Of a stretch of 64,000 nt of DNA, positions 34,756 to 43,110 are shown piece by piece. Each line of letters starts with the position of its first letter. Position 1 is the first letter of the stretch. The DNA is taken from the NCBI GenBank assembly GCA_036374135.1, contig DASUUK010000068.1:20628-84627 (forward strand), written 5' to 3'. A program made the position numbers and the translations under genes. Origin of the DNA: Euzebyales bacterium (GTDB lineage: Bacteria > Actinomycetota > Nitriliruptoria > Euzebyales > JAHELV01). The notes beneath the pieces were generated by a model. The model did no database searches. It had not been told where the DNA came from and was given only the letters and a program-made list of their open reading frames with translations.

Positions 34756-35793
34756 TCACCCGTCGGCGTGCTCCGCGACCGCGTCGCCCACGGTCCGCAG
34801 CATCTCCACGATCCGCGGTCCCCACCGCGAGGCCACGTCCTCGTCGAGCTCGACGACGGCCCCCTCCCGGACGGCCCTGATCTGGTCCCAGCCGGGCCTG
34901 TCCGCCACGGTCTCCGCGGTCTGTCCGCAGCACTGCGCGTCGGCGAGGAAGATCAGATCGGGGTCGGCGTCGATGATGAACTCCTCCGACAGCTGCGGGT
35001 ACCCGCCCGCGTCCCCGCCCGCCTCGTCGGCGATGCTGGTCAACCCGGCGGTCTCGTAGACGTGGCCGATGAACGTGTCGCTGGTGACGGTGTAGTACAT
35101 GTCGTCGAGCTCGTGGAAGTAGGTGAGTGGCTCGTCGGTCTCGGGCAGGTTGGAGGTGATGTCGGCGATGTCGTCGCGCATCTGCTCCACGACCTCGTCG
35201 GCCTCGTCGGCGTGGCCGGTCACCGTGCCCAACTGCTCGATCTGCTCGTAGGTGTCGTCGAGCGTGGTCGCGGCGGGGGCCAGCAGGACCGGGATGTCCA
35301 GCTCGGCCAGCGCACCGGTCAGGTCGGCGCCGTCGTCGGCGATCACGACGAGGTCGGGGTCGTAGCCTGCGATCGCCTCGACGTTGGGCTCGAAGCCCGA
35401 CAGGTCGGTCGTCGGCGCCTCGGACGGGTGGGTCGAGAACTCGTCGACCGCGGCGACCTGGTCGCCCGCGCCGACGGCGAACAGCATCTCGGTGGCGGTC
35501 GGCGACAGCGACACCACCGCCTCGGGCCGCTCCTGCACCGTGACGTCGTCGTTGGCGGCCGACACCGTCACGGGGAACTGCGCGCCGTCGTCCGTCGCGG
35601 TCGGGCTGGACGACACCGACGGCGTCGGCGTGGTCGGCGCGGCGCTGGTCGACGACTGTGCGCCGCCACATGCGGTGATCGTGAGCACGAGCGCCAGCGC
35701 GGTGAGCAACGGGCGCGCGCCGGGGATGTGAGACTTCGCGGAGCCCGGTTCCACGAAACACGCGGCGGACCGGCGCTGCCGGACAAGAATCAT
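34756..35793 (-). CDS. btuF: Cobalamin-binding ABC lipoprotein (BtuF-like)
   Basis: Lipobox ITAC; VVSLSPTATEMLFAVGAG, PNVEAI...DPDLV, SRWGPR motifs; directly downstream of a cobalamin riboswitch. Confidence 0.88.
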   Translation of the reverse strand: MILVRQRRSAACFVEPGSAKSHIPGARPLLTALALVLTITACGGAQSSTSAAPTTPTPSVSSSPTATDDGAQFPVTVSAANDDVTVQERPEAVVSLSPTATEMLFAVGAGDQVAAVDEFSTHPSEAPTTDLSGFEPNVEAIAGYDPDLVVIADDGADLTGALAELDIPVLLAPAATTLDDTYEQIEQLGTVTGHADEADEVVEQMRDDIADITSNLPETDEPLTYFHELDDMYYTVTSDTFIGHVYETAGLTSIADEAGGDAGGYPQLSEEFIIDADPDLIFLADAQCCGQTAETVADRPGWDQIRAVREGAVVELDEDVASRWGPRIVEMLRTVGDAVAEHADG

Positions 35794-35799
35794 CGAGGG

Positions 35800-35819
35800 T
35801 CCCTCCTGATCCGGAGGGA
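35800..35819 (-). promoter_or_regulatory. Shine-Dalgarno-sequestering hairpin (riboswitch expression platform)
   Basis: TCCCTCC-N6-GGAGGGA 7-bp stem; its 3' arm on the minus strand is the GGAGGG RBS of btuF. Confidence 0.7.
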
Positions 35820-35894
35820 TGAACAGCCGCTCGACGGCGAGCCGGTCGCCGCACGAACTGCCCTTCATCCGAGAGCTTGAAGTTCGTGGCCGTC

Positions 35895-36052
35895 GAAGCA
35901 GGCGACCTGGCTCGTCCCCCGGGCGGTGGTCAACGAGGACGGTGACCGGCCGGCCGTGGGCCTGACAGTTGCGGGACAGCGCCGGACTCACACCGGACTT
36001 CGCTGACCGCGACGGCACCGCTGGCGTCGCAGCGGTGAACGGAGCCTACCGG
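35895..36052 (-). ncRNA. Cobalamin (B12) riboswitch
   Basis: The minus strand reads GCGAAG-TCCGGTGTGAGTCCGGCGCTGTCCCGCAACTGT ... GAGCCAGGTCGCCTGC, the conserved B12-element core; boundaries are approximate. Confidence 0.9.
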
Positions 36053-36090
36053 AGGACCTCGTCCGCAGCAATCGGCCGCCGCCGACGACG

Positions 36091-37758
36091 TCAGATCCAG
36101 CTGTTCACCCAGATGCGCATGCGCCACGCGGACTCGCTGATGCGCATCCCGTAATACAGCGGAGCCCAGAACACGAACGCGGCCAACGCGACGCCGGCGA
36201 CGCCGATGGGGACCCACCGCACGCCACGGCGTCCGAGCAGGTGCGTCGCGCCCCAGCCCAGTGTCAGCACCACGAAGGGCACCAGTGGCAGTGCGTAGAA
36301 GAAGAACAACGGTCGTTCCGGCCCGAGCCACGGGACGTACTGGCCCAGCAGGAACACCGCGATGGTGGCGGCGACGCGGTCCCGGTGGCGCACGGCCGCG
36401 TACAGGAGGAACGGATAGACCGCCAGCGCCGTCCACCAGATCGCGGGGTTACCCAGCCCGATGATCTCCTCCAACGTGCCAGGTGGCACCTCGCACGCCG
36501 CGCCCGGCTCGGGATCCAGACAGGCCTCGTAGTAGTAGACGACCGGCCGCCTGGTCAGCGGCCAGAGGATCGCTGCCGCCCGGTAGTCGTGCGTGACCAC
36601 CAGGTCGCGGTGGAACCGGAAGATGGCACGCTGCTCGTCGAACCAGCCGCTGGCGATCTGGCTCGGACCAACGTCACACACCGCCGCGCCGTCGCACGCC
36701 TCGGCCCCGGGTCGCGTGTGCTCGAAGTTGCCGAACCACACCGCGTACGACCCGACGTAGACGAGCGCCGGGACGACGATCAGCGCGGCGACGCCCAGGC
36801 CGGCCAGCCGCGCCAGCCCGCGCCATGGGCTGCCGGTCAGGGCGCGACGCCAGGCGAGCTCGCTGGCCAGCAGGTACAGGCCCGCGACGCCGATCGCGAG
36901 CAGCGCCGACCACTTGGTGGCCAGGGCCAGACCGAATGCGAGGCCCGCCAGCCACAGGTGCGCGCGCGGCATGCGTGGCACGCTGAGCGGCGTGCCGGTG
37001 CGGACCGATGCGACATCGTGCGTCCGGGTCGGATCGTCCTCGGCGTGGTCGTCGCCGGGCTGGTCGTGCACGTCCGGGATCGATGGACGAGCGTCGGTGA
37101 CCAGCGACCAGCGCAGGTCGCGATCGATCAGCAGCGCCCACACGCCGAGGGCGACGAACAGCGCCAGGAACACGTCGAGCATCGCGATCCGGCTCATCGT
37201 CAGCGCGAGCCCCTCGATGCTCAGCAGAAACGCCGTCAGCGCCGCCACGCCGCGGCGTCGGAACAGCCGCAGCGCGACGAAGTAGGTGACCGCGACCAGC
37301 AACGTGCCCGCGACTGCCGACGAGAACCGCCAGCCGAACGAGTGATCGCCGAAGACGGCGATGCTCCCGGCTATGAGCCACTTGCCCACCGGTGGATGGA
37401 CGACGAAGACCGGATCGACGCCCTGCGACGGGTCGCTCTCGACGCGCGGCTCGGCCTCCACGCCGTAGTCCAGCAACTGCGCCGCGTTCGTCGCGTAGTA
37501 CGTCTCGTCGAAGTAGATGCGGTCGGGATGGGGCAGGTACGCGAGGCGCAGCGCGGCCGCGAACAGCACGACCGCCAGCGGCAGCAGCCAGCGCACGCGG
37601 TCCGGCGGCAGCCACTCGTCGATGCTCGAGCGCCGGCGGTCCGCCGTGGCGACGTCGCCAGGCGCACCGGGCGGATCGTGAGCATCCACCGGCGCGTCGG
37701 TCGTCGTGGGCCTGTCCCTGCCGGCGACTGCGTCGGCGGTGCCGAGATCCGATGCCAT
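36091..37758 (-). CDS. pmt: Protein O-mannosyltransferase (GT39/PMT family)
   Basis: FDETYY, VHPPVGKWLIA, FGWRF, SRIAMLDVF, ATKWS, LGNPAIWW, FFFYALP motifs; divergent from rsmI, as in other actinobacteria. Confidence 0.93.
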   Translation of the reverse strand: MASDLGTADAVAGRDRPTTTDAPVDAHDPPGAPGDVATADRRRSSIDEWLPPDRVRWLLPLAVVLFAAALRLAYLPHPDRIYFDETYYATNAAQLLDYGVEAEPRVESDPSQGVDPVFVVHPPVGKWLIAGSIAVFGDHSFGWRFSSAVAGTLLVAVTYFVALRLFRRRGVAALTAFLLSIEGLALTMSRIAMLDVFLALFVALGVWALLIDRDLRWSLVTDARPSIPDVHDQPGDDHAEDDPTRTHDVASVRTGTPLSVPRMPRAHLWLAGLAFGLALATKWSALLAIGVAGLYLLASELAWRRALTGSPWRGLARLAGLGVAALIVVPALVYVGSYAVWFGNFEHTRPGAEACDGAAVCDVGPSQIASGWFDEQRAIFRFHRDLVVTHDYRAAAILWPLTRRPVVYYYEACLDPEPGAACEVPPGTLEEIIGLGNPAIWWTALAVYPFLLYAAVRHRDRVAATIAVFLLGQYVPWLGPERPLFFFYALPLVPFVVLTLGWGATHLLGRRGVRWVPIGVAGVALAAFVFWAPLYYGMRISESAWRMRIWVNSWI

Positions 37759-37814
37759 GGATGGTGCAGTCTAGCTGGGGCGCCCCTCAGCGGGCGCCGC
37801 CGGAGACGGCCGAC

Positions 37815-37834
37815 GAGGAGCACAGAGGAGCACA
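37815..37834 (+). repeat. Exact tandem duplication of GAGGAGCACA containing the rsmI RBS
   Basis: GAGGAGCACA-GAGGAGCACA, 4 nt upstream of the GTG at 37839. Confidence 0.85.
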
Positions 37835-37838
37835 GCCG

Positions 37839-38708
37839 GTGGACGAGACGAGGGCCCCCGACGGCGGTCGCATCGTGCTCGTCGCGACGCCGATCGGCAA
37901 CCTCGCCGACCTCAGCCCGCGCGCGCTGGCGGCGCTGACGGACGCGGACGTCGTCGCCGCCGAGGACACGCGACGCACCGGCCGGTTGCTGTCGCACCAC
38001 GGTCTGGCGCGCCCGCTCGTGCGGCTGGACGATCACACCGAGCGGGCGCGGGCGGCCGAGCTCGTGCGCCGGGCCGCGGACGGGCAGATCGTGGCCGTCG
38101 CCACCGACGCCGGCACGCCCGGCATCAGTGACCCCGGCTACGTCATGGTCCGGGCCGCGATCGACGCCGGGGTGCCGGTCGAGCTGATCCCCGGACCCGT
38201 GGCCGCCGTGCACGCGCTGGTCCTGTCGGGCCTGCCGACCGACCGCTTCGTGTTCGAGGGGTTCCTGCCACGTCGCCCGCGGCAGCGCCGCGACCACATC
38301 GCCGGCCTGGCCGACGAGCGGCGCACGATCGTGTGCTACCTGAGTCCGCACCGGGCCGCCGACGAGCTCGATGATCTCGCGGCCGTTCTGGGCCCCCGGC
38401 CAGCGGCGCTCGCACGCGAGCTGACCAAGCTCCATGAGCAGATCATGCGCGCTCCGCTCGACGAGCTGGCCGCGACCGTGCGACGGGTCGGTGTGCGCGG
38501 CGAGCTGACCATCGTGGTTGCTGGAGCTCCTATCGATGCCGATCACCGGGCGGCCGCGGAGCTCGACGACGCCGAGCTCGTCGACCGCGTGCGAGGACTG
38601 ATCGCCACCGGCATGGCCCGCAACGCCGCCGTCGCCGCCGTCGCGCGTGCCACGGGTCTGCCCCGCAGCCGGGTCTACGACGCGACGGTGACCGATCGCA
38701 GGCGATGA
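37839..38708 (+). CDS. rsmI: 16S rRNA (cytidine1402-2'-O)-methyltransferase
   Basis: LVATPIGNL.DLSPRA, AAEDTR, TDAGTPGISDPG, F.FEGFLP, RELTKLHE motifs. Confidence 0.95.
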   Translation: MDETRAPDGGRIVLVATPIGNLADLSPRALAALTDADVVAAEDTRRTGRLLSHHGLARPLVRLDDHTERARAAELVRRAADGQIVAVATDAGTPGISDPGYVMVRAAIDAGVPVELIPGPVAAVHALVLSGLPTDRFVFEGFLPRRPRQRRDHIAGLADERRTIVCYLSPHRAADELDDLAAVLGPRPAALARELTKLHEQIMRAPLDELAATVRRVGVRGELTIVVAGAPIDADHRAAAELDDAELVDRVRGLIATGMARNAAVAAVARATGLPRSRVYDATVTDRRR

Positions 38709-38764
38709 CCCGCGCATGATGTGTTGCCGTTCGCCCCGCGAACTGGCCCGTCGCGCGCACACAC

Positions 38765-38934
38765 CCGCGCTGTGGGGAGAGCTGTCAACGTCTGGGCGGT
38801 GAAGTCTCCCCGCTCATCGGGCGTCCGCGCTGTGGGGAGAGCTGTCAACGTCGGGGCGGTGTTGGTTCCCCGGTTGGTGGGGTGGGCCGTGGTGCGGGGA
38901 GAGTTGTCGTCGTCGGGGCGGTGAAGTCTCCCCG
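38765..38934. repeat. Three-unit tandem array of palindromic (REP-like) repeats, period 60-62 bp
   Basis: GGGGAGA at 38774, 38834 and 38896, each closed by TCTCCCC or TTCCCC; units 1 and 2 share CCGCGCTGTGGGGAGAGCTGTCAACGTC; units 1 and 3 share GGGCGGTGAAGTCTCCCCG. Confidence 0.9.
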
Positions 38935-39001
38935 GTGGGCGGGTGGCGGGTGACGCGGGGCGGTGGACGGCGGTCGTACACTGGCCGAGGAGGTGCAGCC
39001 G

Positions 39002-39121
39002 ATGGGAACGAACGCGCAGATCCGCGCGCCGTCCGCTGCCCACCGTACGCCGCCGCGCCCCGCGCCGGACGGCATGGTCATGCCATCGGGTGTCCGCCCG
39101 GACGCCGCCGCGCGGCCGTAG
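39002..39121 (+). CDS. Putative 39-aa leader/small ORF upstream of metG
   Basis: TACACT -10 at 38977, GAGGAGGT RBS at 38987, ATG 39002 to TAG 39121; contains ATG-GTC-ATG. Confidence 0.4.
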   Translation: MGTNAQIRAPSAAHRTPPRPAPDGMVMPSGVRPDAAARP

Positions 39122-39191
39122 CACGCGCCACGTCGCCGGACACCCCACCTCGCCCGTTCGAACCCGCACGCCACGATCGCGAGGCGCATCC

Positions 39192-40724
39192 ATGACCAAG
39201 GACACCTTCTACATCACGACGCCCATCTACTACGCCAACGACGTGCCGCACATCGGGCACGCGTACACGTCGGTTGCGGCTGACGTGCTCGCCAGGTGGC
39301 GCCGCCTGAACGGCGACCGGGTGTTCTTCCTGACCGGCACCGACGAGCACGGCCAGAAGGTCGCGCAGGCCGCGGCCGAGCGTGGTGTCTCGCCGCAGGA
39401 GCACGTCGACGGGATCAACCCGCGGTGGCACGAGATGAACGAGCTGCTGCGGATCTCCAACGACGACTTCATCCGCACGACCGAGCCCCGCCACACCAAG
39501 CGCGTGCAGGAGTTCATGCAGCGTCTGTACGACAACGGTGACCTGTACACCGACACCTACGCGGGTCCGTACTGCGTGCGCTGCGAGGGGTACTACACGG
39601 TCGAGGAGCTGGTGGACGGCGAGCTGTGCCCGATCCACCGCCGCCCGGTCGAACGGCTCGAGCAGGAGAACTGGTTCTTCCGGCTTTCGAAGTACGGTGA
39701 CCGCCTGCTCGAGCTGTACGACGAGCACCCGGAGTTCGTACGTCCAGCGGTCCGCCTCAACGAGGTCCGCTCGTTCGTCGCCGCCGGGCTCGAGGACATC
39801 TCGGCCTCCCGCAGCGCCTTCGACTGGGGTGTGCCGGTGCCGTGGGAACCCGGCCACGTGTTCTATGTGTGGTTCGACGCCCTGTTGAACTACGTCACCG
39901 CGGCCGGTTACGGCGACAACGGCGACTTCGCCCACCGGTGGCCCGCGGACGTGCACCTGATCGGCAAGGACATCCTGCGGTTCCACGCCGTGTACTGGCC
40001 GGCCATGCTGCTGGCCGCAGGCGTGGACGTGCCGCGGCAGGTGTACGCCCACGGCTTCCTGCTGGTGGGCGGCGAGAAGATGGGCAAGTCCAACGCGACG
40101 GGCATCGCCCCGGCGACACTGGTCGACCACTTCGGGCGGGACTGCTACCGCTACTACTTCCTGCGCGAGATCTCGTTCGGTCAGGACGGGACGTTCTCGT
40201 GGGAGTCGATGACCGACCGCTACACGGCGGATCTGGCGAACGACCTCGGCAACCTGGTCAACCGCGTGCTCAACATGGTCGGGTCGTACTGCGACGGCGC
40301 CGTGCCCGAGCCGACCGGGGATCCGGGGGAGCCCGAACAGCGGCTGGCCGCCGACCTGCAGGTGGCCACCGAGGGCATCCGCGCGTTCGACGACCTCGAC
40401 TTCAAGGCCGGGCTGGGTGCGGTGTGGACGTTCGTGTCGGGCGTCAACCGCTACGTCGAGGCGCGGGCCCCGTGGAAGCAGCGCAAGGCCGGCGACATCG
40501 ACGGGCTCCACACCACGCTGTACACCTGCGTCGACGCGCTACGGATCATCGCGGTGCTGATCTCGCCGGTGATGCCCGACGCCGCCGGGGCGTTGTGGGC
40601 CAAGCTGGGCGGAGACGACGACCTCGCGGCGCAGCGGTTCCCCGTGGCGGCCGAGCAGGGCGCCATGCCGGTCGGCGCGCAGACTACGCGCGGTGACGTG
40701 CTGTTCCCGCGGCTGGGGGACTGA
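39192..40724 (+). CDS. metG: Methionine--tRNA ligase (short form, no C-terminal tRNA-binding domain)
   Basis: FYITTPIYY, HIGH, FLTGTDEHG, YVWFDALLNY, GKDILRFHAVYWP, KMGKS motifs. Confidence 0.97.
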   Translation: MTKDTFYITTPIYYANDVPHIGHAYTSVAADVLARWRRLNGDRVFFLTGTDEHGQKVAQAAAERGVSPQEHVDGINPRWHEMNELLRISNDDFIRTTEPRHTKRVQEFMQRLYDNGDLYTDTYAGPYCVRCEGYYTVEELVDGELCPIHRRPVERLEQENWFFRLSKYGDRLLELYDEHPEFVRPAVRLNEVRSFVAAGLEDISASRSAFDWGVPVPWEPGHVFYVWFDALLNYVTAAGYGDNGDFAHRWPADVHLIGKDILRFHAVYWPAMLLAAGVDVPRQVYAHGFLLVGGEKMGKSNATGIAPATLVDHFGRDCYRYYFLREISFGQDGTFSWESMTDRYTADLANDLGNLVNRVLNMVGSYCDGAVPEPTGDPGEPEQRLAADLQVATEGIRAFDDLDFKAGLGAVWTFVSGVNRYVEARAPWKQRKAGDIDGLHTTLYTCVDALRIIAVLISPVMPDAAGALWAKLGGDDDLAAQRFPVAAEQGAMPVGAQTTRGDVLFPRLGD

Positions 40725-40759
40725 CGCCGCGGATCGGCGAACGTCGGGATCGGTGGCGT

Positions 40760-40990
40760 CTCGGCGTCGCGAGCTGCTCGAGCAGCAACCGCACCGCTAC
40801 CGCACCCGTCTCGATGAACGGCAGGTGCACCGTCGTCAGCGGCGGGGTGGTGTGCGGCGATCGGGCTGTCGTCGCTGCCGATGACCGCGAGATCAATCCG
40901 GCACGCTGAGGCCACGGTCCGCCGCCGCATGCAGGACGCCGACGGCCATCAGGTCATTGTGGACGTAGATCGCCGTCACGTCGTCGGAGC
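40760..40990 (-). pseudogene. Frameshifted C-terminal remnant of a LacI-family regulator
   Basis: TAIYVHNDLMAVGVL.AA..RGLSVP / DLAVIGSDD / PPLTTVHLP...G..AV.LLL spread over three reading frames; no HTH upstream. Confidence 0.82.
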
Positions 40991-41063
40991 GCGTTCCCCT
41001 GCGCACGGCTTGCGGGAGACGAGCCGCGAGTGCGGTCCCGAGACCAGGCCGCTCGCCACCTAT

Positions 41064-41093
41064 CCAAAGGAATCTTTGCAAACTTTTCTTGGT
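41064..41093. promoter_or_regulatory. Putative tandem operator of the ArsR-type HTH regulator
   Basis: CCAAAG-GAAT-CTTTGC overlaps GCAAAC-TTTT-CTTGG in an AT-rich patch just upstream of TACGAT (-10) and a probable leaderless ATG. Confidence 0.5.
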
Positions 41094-41110
41094 GGTCGTA
41101 CGATGGCGCC

Positions 41111-41755
41111 ATGGAACCACGTCACGTCGAGCTGGACGCCGCCCGCCTGAAGGCGCTGGCGCATCCGCTGCGCCTGCGGATCCTCGGCGCGCTGCGGATC
41201 AACGGACCGTCCACTGCCACGCGCCTCGCGGAGCGGCTGGACGAGTCGAGCGGGCTCACGAGCTACCACCTGCGGACGCTCGCCTCCGCCGGGCTCGTCG
41301 ACGAGCTGCCTGACCGGGGGAGTGGCCGCGACCGCTGGTGGCGTGCCGCGCACGACGTCAGCTCGTTCCAGTCCACCGACTTCGACGACACCGACGTCGC
41401 GCCCGCTGCCGCCTGGCTCGAGTCGTACTCGGACCGTGTGCGCGAACGCGAGGCGGCGACGTGGAGTGCCGAGCGCCACCGCTGGTCACCGACGTGGCGC
41501 GAGACGGCCGACCGGTCCGACTACTACCTGCTCGCGACCGCCGACGAGCTCCGCGCGCTGACGACCGCGATGCACGACCTGATCGAGGACGCGCTGCGCA
41601 CGACGATCGCGCGGCGTGACGGCGATGCGCCCGTGCCCGACGACGCGGAACACGTGCGCCTGCACCTGTTGGCGTTCCCGGTGCGCGAGGTCGCGGGTGT
41701 GCCTGTCGATCGTCCGTCCGCCGGGCGGAAGGGCGACGCCGATGACGACGGCTGA
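41111..41755 (+). CDS. ArsR/SmtB-like winged-helix transcriptional regulator
   Basis: LKALAHPLRLRIL..L...GP.TA..LAE.L.ESSG..SYHLR.LA..GLV.E...R..RWW pattern. Confidence 0.88.
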   Translation: MEPRHVELDAARLKALAHPLRLRILGALRINGPSTATRLAERLDESSGLTSYHLRTLASAGLVDELPDRGSGRDRWWRAAHDVSSFQSTDFDDTDVAPAAAWLESYSDRVREREAATWSAERHRWSPTWRETADRSDYYLLATADELRALTTAMHDLIEDALRTTIARRDGDAPVPDDAEHVRLHLLAFPVREVAGVPVDRPSAGRKGDADDDG

Positions 41756-43007
41756 GCGCCCACCAGGTGTCCGGCACGAGATCAGCCGGGTCACGCGGGC
41801 GTTCCTGATCTGCCACGGCCTGCGCTGGCTGCCGATCGGGTTCGCCCTGCCGATCCTGGTGCTGATCGCCACGGAACGTGGGCTCGACCTGCCGACCGTG
41901 GGCATCGTCTTCGCCACCTACGGCGTGACGACCGCGTTGCTCGAGTTGCCGACCGGCGGGCTGGCCGACGCCGTCGGCCGCAGACCGGTGCTGCTCGTCG
42001 CCACGGTCGCCGACGCGGCGTTGCTCGCGGCGCTGGCGTTCGGCACGCAGCCGTGGCACTTCGTGCTGGGCGCGTTCGGCGGCGGGGTCGGTCGCGCGCT
42101 GCTCACCGGGCCGCTCGAGTCGTGGTACGTCGACGCCGTGCGCGCGATCGAGCCCACGGTCGCGCTGCGTCGCGGACTGGCCGCCGCCGGGCTCGTCGAG
42201 GGCGTGGCCATCGCGTCCGGCGCGGCCGCCTCGGCGGTGCTGCCCACCGTCGGGGCCGACCTGCCGGTCGACGGCCCGGTGTCCCAGCTGACGCTGCCGA
42301 TCTACGGCGCGCTGATCGCGGAGGTGGTCAGCTTCGCCGCGGTGCTGGTCCTCGTGCGTGAGCCGACGCGGGCCCGCGCCGGACGCTGGACCACGACGGC
42401 GCGTTCGGTGCCCGAGGTGGTCAACGACGGGATCCGCCTCGCGACCGGCAGCCATGACCTGCGCCTGCTCATCGCGGTGTTCGTGACGGCGGCGATCGCC
42501 TATGTCGGCGTCGAGGTGCTGTGGCAGCCGCGCTTCGCGACGCTGTTGGGTGGTACGTCGAGAGCGACCCAGACGTTCGGCTACGTCGTCGTCGCCATGA
42601 GCCTCGGCGCGGGCGTCGGGGCGTGGCTCGCCGACCGGCTGCCCGGCTCGCTCGCGCACAAGCCCGCGCGGGTCGGCTCGCTCGCACTCGCCGGCGCTGC
42701 GGGCGCGATGGTCATGCTGGCCTCGGCCGACACGTTCGCGGTCGCGGTCGCGGCGTTCGTCGCGGTCTACACGACCGGCGCGATGCGCAGCGTGGTCGAG
42801 GCCGAGCTGCTGCACGACCGGGTCCCGTCGAGCCATCGGGCGACCATGGTCTCGGTGCAGTCGCTGTCCGAACAGCTGGGCAACGTGATCGCGGGCCTGA
42901 CGTTGACGCGCGTAGCGGCGGCTGCGGGCATCCCCGCCGCGTGGCTGATCGGTGCCGGGCTGCTGGTGCTCGCGGCCGTGCTGGTACTGGCCATCCGCGA
43001 GCGCTGA
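41742..43007 (+). CDS. MFS transporter
   Basis: About 12 TM segments; ELPTGGLADAVGRR and P.SHRATMVS motifs; overlaps the regulator stop. Confidence 0.9.
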   Translation: MTTAERPPGVRHEISRVTRAFLICHGLRWLPIGFALPILVLIATERGLDLPTVGIVFATYGVTTALLELPTGGLADAVGRRPVLLVATVADAALLAALAFGTQPWHFVLGAFGGGVGRALLTGPLESWYVDAVRAIEPTVALRRGLAAAGLVEGVAIASGAAASAVLPTVGADLPVDGPVSQLTLPIYGALIAEVVSFAAVLVLVREPTRARAGRWTTTARSVPEVVNDGIRLATGSHDLRLLIAVFVTAAIAYVGVEVLWQPRFATLLGGTSRATQTFGYVVVAMSLGAGVGAWLADRLPGSLAHKPARVGSLALAGAAGAMVMLASADTFAVAVAAFVAVYTTGAMRSVVEAELLHDRVPSSHRATMVSVQSLSEQLGNVIAGLTLTRVAAAAGIPAAWLIGAGLLVLAAVLVLAIRER

Positions 43008-43110
43008 CCGCCACCACTGACGTGTCGGGCGCACTGCTAGGCTTCGCTGCGCGCGGGCCTCGAGCCACCCGCGCTCACGAGCCGACCGGCCGGTGCGAAG
43101 GGTCCGCACG

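Noticed and set aside
38765-38934. CRISPR array
   Set aside because: The linkers are only 12-14 nt, the repeats are divergent, there are only three units, and no cas genes are in the window.
38935-39191. T-box or SAM riboswitch upstream of metG
   Set aside because: No T-box antiterminator consensus (GGTGGnACC) or recognisable SAM core by eye; an Infernal scan would be decisive.
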